DNA of 64,000 nucleotides from Octopus bimaculoides (taxonomy: Eukaryota): NCBI RefSeq assembly GCF_001194135.2, contig NC_068984.1, forward strand, positions 56,707,740 through 56,771,739. Reading direction: 5' to 3'. The notes below the pieces were generated by a model. That model saw nothing but the letters and a program-made list of their open reading frames with translations. It was not told where the DNA came from and did no database searches. Below are positions 1-11,610 of this stretch, one piece after another. The position numbers and the translations under genes were made by a program. The number at the start of each line of letters is the position of its first letter. Within the stretch, counting starts at the first letter, position 1.

Positions 1-1103
1 AAACATGAAATTTATATAATCAAAATGACATTAGATCAAGTTATACAAAATGCTGTAGTATTGTTGATGTATCCAACCCACACCAGCATGAATTGATTAA
101 AAAGAACTCATAATGATAATTATTATATGAAAGGAGAAAAGAGAAACTGTCAATTGTGTCTTTATCAAAGGATTTGGTGGATTTTCAGAATAGTATTTTT
201 GGTGGATTTTCAGAATAGTATTTTTCATTATTTTATAATATCAGGGAAGGGATGGCTTAGAAATGTTAAAAACAAGGGTTGTTGAAAATTTTGTCTTTTT
301 AAATGCAAATTACATTTGTTTGGGAATGTGTAATATTATAAAAGGACAAAGAAATACAGAAAAAAAAACAATTTAATTTTAATTATGGCAGCTATTCCAA
401 AAGTCTATCAACTTCCCTATCTTTTATTCAAACAATATGTATCACATGTGCTCTCCTTTTCTTTATAAGTAAATACAGTAGGGTGAAATCTGTAGGATAT
501 TTGGCTGCTGTTTCTAGCAAGTTGAGCTACTGCATAAAAGCTCCTCATTGCCTTATTAGAAATTTGTTGTTTGATTTGATTGCTTCTGCTTAATCACCTT
601 CACAGTGCATTTATGCTAAGCTTTCTCTTCATATAATCATTTCCTCCCGAAAATTATTTATATATATATATATATATATATATCATAACAGTTTCATTAT
701 GAACTTTTTTTTTTTTCCAATTCTTGGCTGGTAATCATTGAAATTGAAATATTGAACTCGTCATTATACATTATCAAGAGGCCTTTGTCTCTTTATCATT
801 CAATAATTTACAATAATTTTTGTTCAAAAATGGTCTAATGCATGATTTCCTAAACTAAACTACATTTATATCTGAGTTGATACTTTTGTAGGATATCATC
901 TAATTACCAACCACAATGGATACTTAAAAAAAGCAAAGAGAAAACGAAAAAACCCACTATGCCTTAAATTTAACAACAACAATACTTCATTTCAGGAAGA
1001 GCATTTCCAACATATACATGTGATTTTGACTTCTGGTGAGAAACAGCAGATGGTAGGAAAAGCTAGAAAGTACTTCACAGGCAATCAATGCCAGTCATCA
1101 ATA

Positions 1104-1488
1104 TCATCATCATCATCGTTTAACGTCCGCTTTCCATGCTAGCATGGGTTGGACGATTTGACTGAGGACTGGTGAACCAGATGGCTACACCAGGCTCCAA
1201 TCTGATTTGGGAGAGTTTCTACAGCTGGATGCCCTTGCTAACGCTAACTACTCCGAGAGTGTAGTGGGTTCTTTTATGTGCCACCAGCACGAAGGCCAGT
1301 CAGGCGGTACTGGCAACGGCCACGCTCAAAATGGTGTATTTTATATGCCACCTGCACAGGAGCCCATCTAGTGGCACTGGCAACGATCTCGCTCGAATGT
1401 CTTACACGTGCCACCGGCACAAGTGCCAAGAAGGCGACGCTGGACACAGATGCCATCACGATTTCGCTGGCACCTGTGCCCAGCGTGA
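1104..1488 (-). mobile_element. 5'-truncated RTE-type LINE 3' UTR copy
   Basis: Tail GGAAAGCGGACGTTAAACGATGATGATG on -, internal GTGCCACC sub-repeats; homologous to copies at 5349, 11144 and 13302. Confidence 0.8.
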
Positions 1489-1668
1489 AAATTTAACTCA
1501 GTATCATGTTTAATGTCAAGGCCACCTAGCTCTTGTCAGTGAACACATTGTGGTTTAAAGATAAACATTATTTGTACAAATTTGCAGCACGAGACAACAA
1601 CGAGGCTCTCGTCAGCAACCAGTATTTAGCAAGAGAAAGACATTCTCTTTCTCATTCCTTCTCACACT

Positions 1669-2137
1669 CAAATTTGTTGAGTTGAACTTGTGAAAAATTT
1701 TGATTGCTGTGTGCTGCTTTGCAGTGGTTTTTCTGGTTGAGCTTTCTCTCTATTGAAAGATAGCGATGGTGATGAGTAGAATGTTTAATTCGGATCTCAG
1801 TGGTTCCAAATTGTCCTCTTCAGAGGAGGAATTGGTAAGAGCCATGAACAAGATGGATAATTGTTTGGAAAAAAGAAGCTTTGCGAAGATGACGGAGATA
1901 AAAAGAAAAGGAATCAATATGGCAAACATTAAAGAACACCAAAAGATGGCAAGTAGAGTGGGTGGTGATGTGAAGCTGTCACCACCACAGAACATAGAAG
2001 ACATGATGAAGAAAACCATTGTTTACAAAGTATATGCAGTAGAAGAAAAAAAGATAGAAAAAGTTGAGGTAGAAATAATTGAGAAAGCATTGAGCATGGT
2101 ACACAAGGATATTGTGTTCATGTTGAGAGGAAACAAA
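1669..2137 (+). mobile_element. Insertion flanked by a 16-bp direct repeat, carrying a UTR-like leader and an E/K-rich ORF start (LINE ORF1-like)
   Basis: cattccttctcacact at 1653-1668 and 2138-2153; ORF 1766-2161 begins inside the insert and runs through the second repeat. ORF1 assignment is tentative. Confidence 0.5.
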
Positions 2138-2156
2138 CATTCCTTCTCACACTTAC

Positions 2157-2384
2157 GCTGAAAAGCACTGCGAAGCCAGCAGTCACAGCGGACCCTTGTC
2201 CTGCTCTAACTCCACATGCTTATCTCCAGAGGTAATGAACCTCACATGTACGGAGCTATAACAAACCATGTGCTGCCATAAAGATGGTCTCTGAGAGCGA
2301 ACCACATGAACGAGAACTCTGTAAATAAACAGCTATTGAACTGTACTCCACTTGTGAACTTCTTTGTGTTCCAGATCCTTGAAG
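2157..2384 (-). other. Candidate exon of a minus-strand transcript (228 bp)
   Basis: Acceptor tttttgtag| at 2385 and donor |GTAAGT at 2156-2151 on -. All three frames contain a stop, so it would be non-coding or a last coding exon. Confidence 0.3.
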
Positions 2385-3387
2385 CTACAAAAATAATTAT
2401 AATGGGAAAAGGAGATACTCCACAGGTATCATAAACTTTCCATTCCGTTGTAAATTCTTGGAAAATTTTGATGAAGGTTGGTTTAAATACTGAATGAGAA
2501 TTATTTTGACCAAAATTTTTGTTGATGTACAAATGAGAATGGAGGATGGAAAAATCTGCAAAGTAATGAACATAACTAATTTGCTTACTAGGATTTTCAG
2601 CCACCAAAAAATATTCTATTTATGAAAAGAAATCTGAAGGAGTCGTTGTTAGAAGTCTCGGATTTCGGACTTTACTAATTAAAAATACTTTGATAAAATG
2701 TTATTTGTGGAAGCTAAATTTAGAAGGGCACTATTTAAAATAGTATCAAGAGGATCTTTAGATACTATTTTGTCTTTATATTTATAATTATCTGAAGCAT
2801 GGATTTCAATGTAATTCACTTTGTAGGTCATTGACTACTTGGAAAAAAACTTAAATATAATATAAATGTCAAACACAAAAATTTTAGTCCCCATGTACTT
2901 CATGTCTTCGATGAAGCGGTTTCACTTTCGATTATACATTTTATTGTACTTTAGAAGAGGCTATCTCATTTCCTTATACACCGTTTTTTTTCTTTTTTTA
3001 TTAATAATAACAATAATGATGATGATGATGAAAAATATCAAACATCTCATTTATAACTTTTGTGTATATTTTGACCTAGGAGAGTCAATCAAGTAAAAAC
3101 AAATTGATTTTAAAAGTGGAATACTGATGGTTTGTATGTCTTTAACCATCATCACACTATATAACAATAGAGAAATTTTATACTCGTTGAACTAATTCGC
3201 AAATATGGGACTGTGTTGTTTAGCTCCAAGTTGGCCCTGATCGAAGAAATCCGATGGTCAATGGCATTCAAGACAGTCTTTTTTCTTTCTTTTTCAGGAA
3301 CAGCGTATCTCAAAGAACATTACCCAATGTTTTAAGGTTGGGGGAGACCTGGCTGCTATGTTAGCTCATCCAATGACCATGGGGGTA

Positions 3388-4006
3388 GAGCGTGTTGCTC
3401 GGAGCATCATGGCCCTTTTCAACATATGGTACCTGCTACAATCTCTGATCAGTGGTTCCCATTCCGATGAAGATTGGCCTTGAGGTTAACTCGTCCAAGC
3501 CAGAAGTCGTGAACATCGGTTACAATGCTGAGGGTTTTGTGGCCTTCATCTCAGATATATGATCATTACTTCACCAGGTGCATATGGCCTCGAAAGACGA
3601 CACCCTCCTCTCCTCTTTGTGGACATCCAGTCACCCCCAAAACAAATTGGATGCTACCTAGGGCAGCATGATCTCGGACGAACTGGTGCACTGACTTGAC
3701 CTGCACCATCTGGCATGTTTCCGCTCGGCCTCCCAACCCCACAGTGGTGCATGGCTCAGCACAATGCCCTCTCTCTCGACTGGCACTCAGCTTGATAGTG
3801 ACTGTCTGTGCATTGATATTTCCTCGAGGCTTGGTTTCCAGATCTGTGAGCCCCATAAATGCTGCTGCAGAACCACTGTGGATTCTTTCTGCCTTCACCC
3901 ATTGTTATGCCAATATACGCTGGCCGGCTTCCACGCCATGCTGGTCTCAATGAGATCATAGAGCATGGCCTGGACCCCGTAGGCTTCCCTTCCCAGCTCG
4001 AGCCAT
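3388..4006 (+). mobile_element. Decayed CRE-like (RLE-type) non-LTR retrotransposon, RT C-terminus to CCHC region
   Basis: Frame-shifted peptides FNIWYL (truncated YLDD motif), IGLEVNSSKPEV, PSLSTGTQLD..SRLGFQICEPHKCCC..VD..LHPLLC and AGRLPRHAGLNEII..GFPSQLEP match the motif order of CRE-clade elements. Confidence 0.7.
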
Positions 4007-4954
4007 TTAAAAATATCCATTTTTTTGAAAGGTATGAAGAAACAAAGCCAACTCTTGTGTCTTGTGAACTTTCCACACCTCACTCTCGGAAAAATAATTT
4101 CACATTGAATTCCAATGATGTCGTAATCTGCACCATCTGAAGCGTATTTGTGGAAAATCTTATTTAAAATATCCATTTGTTTGAAAGTTGTGAGGAAACA
4201 AATTTGGGTGGGGGTACACTTGTTTAGCTATCTTCTTTTTCCTTATCTCTGCCTCAAAATCAACTGTGCATCGTGTTGAGGCTGACTTGTTTATTCTGTT
4301 TTTACTATTTCAACCTTCTTCACTTTCCCATAGTAAGCAAAACTAATGTCTTGTGTTGTTCTGATTGTTGCAAATAGTAAGATTGATATTTAAGAAAACA
4401 TATTTTCTTATAGAAATAATGTTGTGTAAGGACATGCGTTTTTACAAATACGACATAGATATTGTAATGCAAATTGATACAAGAAGCGACGTTGTTTTGA
4501 TAACAAAGACTTTTGTAAAAAAATGGCAGGACCTAACTTATTAAATAAACTCTTCCTTCTTTGGCGGTTTCTGCCAATATGTTAGCATAATTGAGATCCA
4601 TTGTGGTGCTCACTAACTTGTTCGTCAGCTATGTTGAAACCTAATTTTCTGTTTAACTGGTTTACTGGGCCAGATCCTGAATTATACAGATTTTATATTG
4701 ATGATTACACTGGAGCCACCTCTCTCATCAGAGAGCAGCTCACACTTTTCATATTCTACATTAAAAAAGTCTAATCTGCACTTGAATTCACTTCAACCAT
4801 TTCCAGTGATATTCTCATCACAATTTCCTATTTCTATTTTTAGATGTTTACGTAAGGTTGTTATTTTAAAGCAATTTTAAGAATAATAACATAAGACTCA
4901 CTATTAAAATTAGAATCAAATTTATTATAAAATTCGTTTTAATTAGCACTTTTA

Positions 4955-5085
4955 ACCAACGCCGCAAACTAGCAGACTCATTAGCATACTGGGCAAACTG
5001 CCTAGTGGCATTTCCTCTGTCTGCACATTCCGAGTTCAAGTTCCACCGAGGTCGACTTCGCCTTTCATCCTTTCGGAAGAAACCA
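4955..5085 (+). mobile_element. tRNA-derived SINE family B (5' part)
   Basis: B-box-like CGAGTTCAAGTTCC followed by GAGGTCGACTTCGCCTTTCATCC, shared with the 37935 and 41230 copies. Confidence 0.65.
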
Positions 5086-5129
5086 GTTATGACTTTGGTT
5101 TTTACCTGTCTTATTCAACCAATTTGGCC

Positions 5130-5193
<64 letters not shown>

Positions 5194-5348
5194 NNNNNNN
5201 NNNNNNNNNNNNNNNNNNNNNNNNNNNNNNNNNNNNNNNNNNNNNNNNNNNNNNNNNNNNNNNNNNNNNNNNNNNNNNNNNNNNNNNNNNNNNNNNNNNN
5301 NNNNNNNNNNNNNNNNNNNNNNNNNNNNNNNNNNNNNNNNNNNNATAT

Positions 5349-5490
5349 AAGGGCATCCAGCTGTAGAAACTCTGCCAAATCAGATTGGAGCCTGGTGTAG
5401 CCATCTCGTTTCACCAGTCCTCAGTCAAATCATCCAACCCATGCTAGCATGGAAAGCGGACGTTAAATGATGATGATGATGATGATGATG
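5349..5490 (+). mobile_element. RTE-type LINE 3' end (5' part in gap)
   Basis: AAGGGCATCCAGCTGTAGAAACTC...GGACGTTAAATGATGATG tail. Confidence 0.8.
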
Positions 5491-5910
5491 ATATATATAT
5501 CCATGTCTGTATATAGATCCAAATATGTATATATACCATTCTCCTCTCTTAGTCTCAGAATCAGAAGGGACCATTCTCTGTATCACTTTCCTCGAAGACA
5601 ACTATTACCTTTTTATCCCAGAGAAAGTGTGCTCCTCGTGGTTCTGGTAAAAGATGGGGCATGATAATGATGACAGTTTGTTCAAACACTGCACATACTA
5701 AGCTGTCACACGTGTAGATTTTGCAACTAGTGAACTTATTTACTGTTCTATTTATATTATTTCAACCATCTCTTCTGTATTCCCCTCCTTTCCGGGACTA
5801 TTACATTTGTCTCCTCCACTCCTCTAGAAATGTTTTCCTCCTGATTTGCTAGAAATAGCAACCAAATGTCATCCAAATTACACCATCATTTTAGAAAAGA
5901 GACGTATACA

Positions 5911-6498
5911 GGTGTAGCTGTGTGGTATGAAGTTTGCTTCCCAACTACGTGTTCTGGGTTCAGTCCTAATGCATGGCACCTTGGGCAAGTGTCTTCTGCT
6001 ATAGCTTCGGGTCGATCAAAGCCTTGTGCGTGGATTTGGTAAACTGACAGAAGCCCGTCATACACACACACACACGAGGGGGTGCTGAAAAGTTCCTGGC
6101 TTTAAGGGTGTCATGAAAGACCTGGTTGGAGGCTCAACCTTCCAAGTTCTTTTACAGGGCTTAGAAAAACTGAAGTACTGCTGCAATAAGTGTGAATCTG
6201 CAAGGGGAGTATATTGATTAAAATCATAATTAACTGATTCACCTGTATTTTCTTTTATCCAAAGCCAGGAACTTTTCAGCACCCCTTCGTGTGTGTGTGT
6301 GTTTGTCACCCTCTACCATTTGATGACCGGTTCTGATGTGTTTACGTCCCCCGTAACTTAGCGGTTCGGCAAAAGAGACAGCTTGATAGTACCAGGCTTG
6401 AAAAAAAAAAAAAAAAAAAAGTACTAGGGTTGATTAGTTCCGACTAGAATTTCCAAGGCGGTGCCCCAGCATGGCTGCAGTCTGATGACTGAAACAAT
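5911..6498 (+). mobile_element. tRNA-derived SINE family A, interrupted by a MITE
   Basis: Head GCTGTGTGGTA..GGTTCAGTCC, core CCTTGGGCAAGTGTCTTC, internal microsatellite, tail GGCGGTGCCCCAGCATGGCTGCAGTC..GACTGAAACAA. Confidence 0.85.
6075..6289. mobile_element. Mariner-type MITE (215 bp)
   Basis: About 29-bp TIRs CGAGGGGGTGCTGAAAAGTTCCTGGCTTT / AAAGCCAGGAACTTTTCAGCACCCCTTCG (1 mismatch). Confidence 0.85.
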
Positions 6499-7342
6499 TT
6501 TTAAAAAATTCTATAATGTAGTTCTAACAACCCCTAAAAGATGAGATGGATACGATTGGAATGCTTTTAATGTGGATCAGAGTCGCCCAGGGTTAAACAA
6601 CAGCTGAATATTAAACAAAGAATAGGAATGAAACATTTTCTTTTCTTCGATGTTTCAGTATAGTCTTAGCTGTGAAAGCTAAAACAGACCAATGAATCTC
6701 ATCACAGTCCTCGTCAGAACTTCAAAGTGTCTTTAATGACATCAGTCCTTTCTTTCATTATCGACTGCTGCTAGTTGTGATCTATTATATAGGAAGGAAT
6801 TCATTCAAGACTAAAGTCAATCATGATTAACAATTATATAGCTCAGACAAACATGTGCGTGTGTGTGTGTGAAGAGAGGAAGGGAGAAAGAGATGGGTCT
6901 CCGTCGGTGTCGACTAAGAGGATTTTGTTACTCGATCAACCGATTAACCTGCTCAATTAAATTAGCGTGTAAGTGGTTGAGTATTCATGTACCCTTGACG
7001 TCATTCTCCAACAGTCAGAGTGACACTGTTTCAAGGCTATCTATGCATTTGAGATACAAGTGCAATCCATTCTATGGATTTCTATACAGTTTCGGTTAAT
7101 CCAATTCCACTAACACGGTATTTGGTGGACTCGAAGCTACAGAAAATGACATTTGCGGTGGGGTGAAAGTCGAGGTTGCGGAATGAAGTATTGGGCCACA
7201 TCACACACACACACACACGTGTCTGTGTGTGAAATTTATACTTCTTTGGCAAGCAATAATTAAAAGATTCATCATCCAAGGAAATTACATAAAAGTATCG
7301 ATACAATGATTCAAAAGTTGCATTCTAAGCAAAAATACGATC

Positions 7343-7535
7343 TTAGCTTTTGGTCTTCATTGAATTATAACAGCACATAATGCCAAAGATCAGAAGAATA
7401 ATGGCAAATACAAAATGACTGGCTCCATTCAACTTTATGCGTAAAAAATGACTTTGACTGAATTTATTTGATGAATTATCTGAATTTATCTGACGAATTC
7501 CACAGAAGAATCCGTTGGAAAGCAAATAGTTTTTT
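7343..7535 (-). other. Candidate terminal coding exon ending in a hydrophobic segment
   Basis: Acceptor ttttcttcatatcacag| then open frame KNYLLSNGFF...HFVFAIILLIFGIMCCYNSMKTKS*; no homology recognised. Confidence 0.2.
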
Positions 7536-8036
7536 CTGTGATATGAAGAAAAATTGTTTTATTAAAAACAGAAACCCAGAATTGTTTGCATAAAACTGAA
7601 TATAGAATTAGTTATTTATGATATCTTATTCTTTGTTATATTACTTTCTATTTGCATCTTTGTTTATTATTTGAAAGCACCCTCTTAAAATTCCACATGT
7701 TCACAATCATACATGCTAATTATTCTGTGGTAATTGCTCATTGTTTTGCTATCTTTATAAGACATAACAGCAAGCTTGTCAACCTCACATCACCCAGGAA
7801 TTTCCAGCATTCGCTATCCACCCATGTTACAAATTCTTCTACATTTACGATATTTATCATGTTCCACTATTCTCTTTGTGAAGTGCCACCAGCAGTTCCT
7901 AGATTCGAGCTGTCTTTCGGTTCTTTCTGAGTTTGTAAAATAAGCTCAGGACCAAGGCTACCATTCTGTCATAAAAAGCAAGGCCAGTTACGAAAAATTA
8001 AAATTGTGTCGCCATAAAAGGCATTAACATCTAGGC

Positions 8037-8539
8037 TATGGGTCACCAGACTATGGCCTGCCGTCGCATTGAACCTTTTGTGTTAGTACCTGCAATGTGA
8101 GTTCATTTGTCTCTGGTTTGGCATCAGTGTTTGGGACAACTTATGTCTGTGAGCAAACATTTTCAGAAATGAAGTATGTGAAGTCAGCACATTGAACGAG
8201 GTTGACTGACAAACATTTGAAAGTAATTCTCTTGGTTGGATGCAGCAATTCCAAAGCAAACATTGATGATATCCTCAAAGCTAAACACCTATTTCAAAAA
8301 TCTTAATAACCTTTTTTACTGCTTAGTTTGTGAGATTTCAATATGTGCACACTGGGTGTGATATAACTATGTTATTGCTAACGTCGCCTTCTTTGATAAC
8401 TTTTTAGTAAATAAATGTGTTGGTTGTCTTTATTTTTTGTGTATTCACTGTATTATATTGAACAAAATGGTTATGTGGCCTGCACTCGGCATTCTCTCAA
8501 TTCTCTGGCCTGCCGTGAAAAAAGTTTGGTGACCCGCTG
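8037..8539 (+). mobile_element. Internally deleted hAT (SPIN/GTF2IRD2-like) element retaining the transposase C-terminus
   Basis: TIR cores GGGTCACCAGACT / AGTTTGGTGACCC; degenerate 8-bp TSD atctaggc (8029-8036) / atcaaagc (8540-8547); peptide SVFGTTYVCEQTFSEMKYVKSAH*TRLTDKHL is the hAT dimerisation motif. Confidence 0.85.
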
Positions 8540-9429
8540 ATCAAAGCGAACATGATTCGGCCAATTAAATCAGTGGTGTTTAGCAAAGTGAGCTGGAATC
8601 TTTCCGCCAAACAACCTGGACGAACATTCTCGAAACTCTATTCGGCGTTATAAAAACTCCCCGACCGAACAGGTGCTATCCAGAAGCTATATAATTCAAC
8701 AGTGTTATTCTTTCTACTTAATTTGTTCTCAATAACTATGAAACATCTTCGTATTACTACTCAGTAATATATGCAGTGAAACTTGTACTTATTCCATTTG
8801 ATATATTTTTTTGAATGCCGTTCTATTTATTCAACTGTTGTATACATTTAAAAGCAACTGTTCCAGCTTATTAAAAATGTATGAGAATTAAAACCAGTGT
8901 GCGTATAGTCATTATGAATGTAACAAATGTTATTAATACAACCCTAGTAATACACTAAACTGTTTTTGGCCTAAACATGGCTTGCTTTTCAATGTATAAC
9001 CAATGTGTGTGTACTGCTAAATTCAAAACGTTGTAGATATGAGACAGAATATTGGATGATACCCTGCCAGACTGGAACCATGCTTAGCATTCAAAATGCC
9101 TGCACCAAGCAAAGTTGATGTGAAATACAATCCAGAGTGGACAAAGAAATAGAATTTTAATTCACAACTGTACTGGGGTAGCGTGAAAATAGTTTCCTGG
9201 GCGTATTCGCAAAACAGATTTTATGCATCAGGACAGAAAAGGCATTCAACTCGATGCTGTAACTATAGAGAGCATGGAAAAGATCACGCGTGTGTTTTGT
9301 AATGATACTAGTTTGGCTGTGGCTTAAATGTAAGTATGAAACATTTAAAGGAAGCTTCAATTTACATGTAGGTCCCTAAGTTATTCTTTTAAAATTATAA
9401 ATGTAAAGATTAAAGTCTCAGAAACAATT

Positions 9430-9705
9430 TGGGTGCCAGTCATCAAATTTAGTTCGATTTCGATTTCACTTGCCCCAACAGGTCTTCGCAAGCAGAGTTT
9501 AGTGTCCAATGAAGGAATGGTACATCCCTGGCAGAGGCCTTGGATTTTGGTCTCACTTGGCTTGCCGGGTCTTCTCACGCACAGCATATTTCCAAAGGTC
9601 TCGGTCACAAGTCATTGCCTTGGTGAGGCCTAATGTAAGGTCATGCTTCACCACCTCATTCCAGGTCTTCCTGGACCTGCCTCTTCCACAGGTTCCCTCA
9701 ACCGT
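9430..9705 (-). mobile_element. RTE LINE ORF C-terminus and start of 3' UTR
   Basis: VEGTCGRGRSRKTWNEVVKHDL..LGLTKAMTCDRDLWKYAVREKTRQAK* matches the RTE GRPRKTW C-terminal motif. Confidence 0.85.
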
Positions 9706-9910
9706 GGGAAGAGCCATTCTAACAATGCGTCCTGCCCTAACTCTTCGAAACGCTTTGTCTTAGATTGATGGCAGCTGATGAAGGAAATGTTCTCTATGTG
9801 GTCTGTGTGTTTTCTGTACTTTGTTTATAATTTTGTCCACGTTACTTTGCAACGTCCTGTACCCACATATGCATCTATATATACATGTAGATGTAGGTAT
9901 GTACATACAT
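9706..9910 (+). mobile_element. Penelope-like pLTR relic, family P1
   Basis: Aligns with 53340-53625 (-): GCGTCCTGCC..TCTTCGAAA..TTAGA..GGCAGCTGATGAAG..GTCCTGTA.CC.A.ATATGCATCTATA; ends in a TA/TG microsatellite. PLE class inferred from hammerhead-like motifs and architecture. Confidence 0.55.
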
Positions 9911-9970
9911 GTATGTATATATGCATATACTCATATATTATTTGCATTATATATATATATATATATATAT

Positions 9971-10187
9971 AAATGAATACAAAAAATGGGACAAGGACGC
10001 AAAACATCCAGAGAGCTAGATGATGCAAAAAAGGGACAACAAAACGTCCAGACAGATGATACAAAAAAGGGACAAGGAAAAACACAGACGGGTCATTTGA
10101 AGTTTTCATTCCTAAGTCGAGTTCCAGATTATCTTTGCAATTTTGGCTGGTTATACACGAGTGTGCGATATATATGGAACTCGGCTG
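9971..10187 (-). mobile_element. Possible second Penelope-like pLTR relic (family P2)
   Basis: T-rich end with imperfect ~40-bp internal repeats abutting (TA)n; degenerate CTTAGGA..CAAATG core-like motif on -. Confidence 0.35.
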
Positions 10188-11143
10188 NNNNNNNNNNNNN
10201 NNNNNNNNNNNNNNNNNNNNNNNNNNNNNNNNNNNNNNNNNNNNNNNNNNNNNNNNNNNNNNNNNNNNNNNNNNNNNNNNNNNNNNNNNNNNNNNNNNNN
10301 NNNNNNNNNNNNNNNNNNNNNNNNNNNNNNNNNNNNNNNNNNNNNNNNNNNNNNNNNNNNNNNNNNNNNNNNNNNNNNNNNNNNNNNNNNNNNNNNNNNN
10401 NNNNNNNNNNNNNNNNNNNNNNNNNNNNNNNNNNNNNNNNNNNNNNNNNNNNNNNNNNNNNNNNNNNNNNNNNNNNNNNNNNNNNNNNNNNNNNNNNNNN
10501 NNNNNNNNNNNNNNNNNNNNNNNNNNNNNNNNNNNNNNNNNNNNNNNNNNNNNNNNNNNNNNNNNNNNNNNNNNNNNNNNNNNNNNNNNNNNNNNNNNNN
10601 NNNNNNNNNNNNNNNNNNNNNNNNNNNNNNNNNNNNNNNNNNNNNNNNNNNNNNNNNNNNNNNNNNNNNNNNNNNNNNNNNNNNNNNNNNNNNNNNNNNN
10701 NNNNNNNNNNNNNNNNNNNNNNNNNNNNNNNNNNNNNNNNNNNNNNNNNNNNNNNNNNNNNNNNNNNNNNNNNNNNNNNNNNNNNNNNNNNNNNNNNNNN
10801 NNNNNNNNNNNNNNNNNNNNNNNNNNNNNNNNNNNNNNNNNNNNNNNNNNNNNNNNNNNNNNNNNNNNNNNNNNNNNNNNNNNNNNNNNNNNNNNNNNNN
10901 NNNNNNNNNNNNNNNNNNNNNNNNNNNNNNNNNNNNNNNNNNNNNNNNNNNNNNNNNNNNNNNNNNNNNNNNNNNNNNNNNNNNNNNNNNNNNNNNNNNN
11001 NNNNNNNNNNNNNNNNNNNNNNNNNNNNNNNNNNNNNNNNNNNNNNNNNNNNNNNNNNNNNNNNNNNNNNNNNNNNNNNNNNNNNNNNNNNNNNNNNNNN
11101 NNNNNNNNNTGTATATATATATGAATGTATATATATATATATA

Positions 11144-11428
11144 TCATCATCATCATCGTTTAACGTCCGCTTTCCATGCTAGCATGGGTTGGACGATTTG
11201 ACTGAGGACTGGTGAAACCGGATGGCAACACCAGGCTTCAATCTAATTTGGCAGAGTTTCTACAGCTGGATGCCCTTCCTAACGCCAACCACTCAGAGAG
11301 TGTAGTGGGTGCTTTTACGTGTCACCCGCACAAAAACGGCCATGCTCGAAATGGTGTCTTTTATGTGCCACCCGCACAAGCCAGTCCAGGGGCACTGGCA
11401 ACGATCTCGCTCGAAAATCCTACGGGAT
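11144..11428 (-). mobile_element. RTE-type LINE 3' UTR copy
   Basis: Near-identical to 13302-13623 in reverse; (CAT)n tail. Confidence 0.85.
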
Positions 11429-11464
11429 CGTTGTCAGTGCCCCTATGCATGTCAGGTCACTGTT

Positions 11465-11610
11465 GAGTGCTACTGGTAGCATTTAATCCAGTACAACCTG
11501 TCACAAGGTCAGGTTGTTGGCAACTAAACTGGCTTGTTTGGTGAGGAGTTTGTTGCTGGATACCCTGCAGGATGAAAAATATGACCTGTCAAAAAGAGTG
11601 AAGTCCTGAA
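11465..11610 (+). repeat. Dispersed repeat family D, copy 1
   Basis: Shares CTACT..CCAGTACAA.CTGT, GTTG.CAACTAAAC and GGATACCCT with 58060-58270. Confidence 0.5.

Noticed and set aside
173-222. 25-bp perfect tandem duplication
   Set aside because: Two units only; ordinary slippage, not a CRISPR or functional array.
6478-6498. CTGATGACTGAAA in a SINE tail resembling a hammerhead core
   Set aside because: No stem II; other copies read CAGTCAAATGACTG or CAGTCTAATGA, so it is a variant of the tail hairpin.
6645-6710. C/D-box-like GTGATGA...CTGA on -
   Set aside because: No terminal stem and no recognisable rRNA guide.
7780-7930. CWWHF..KCRRIC peptide on - suggesting a BED finger
   Set aside because: Short, stop follows, and His ligands are absent.
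9825-11201. Long ORFs of 329-443 aa, and similar ones at 5.1, 17.6, 33.1, 50.6 and 62.9 kb
   Set aside because: Artefacts of translating N gaps.
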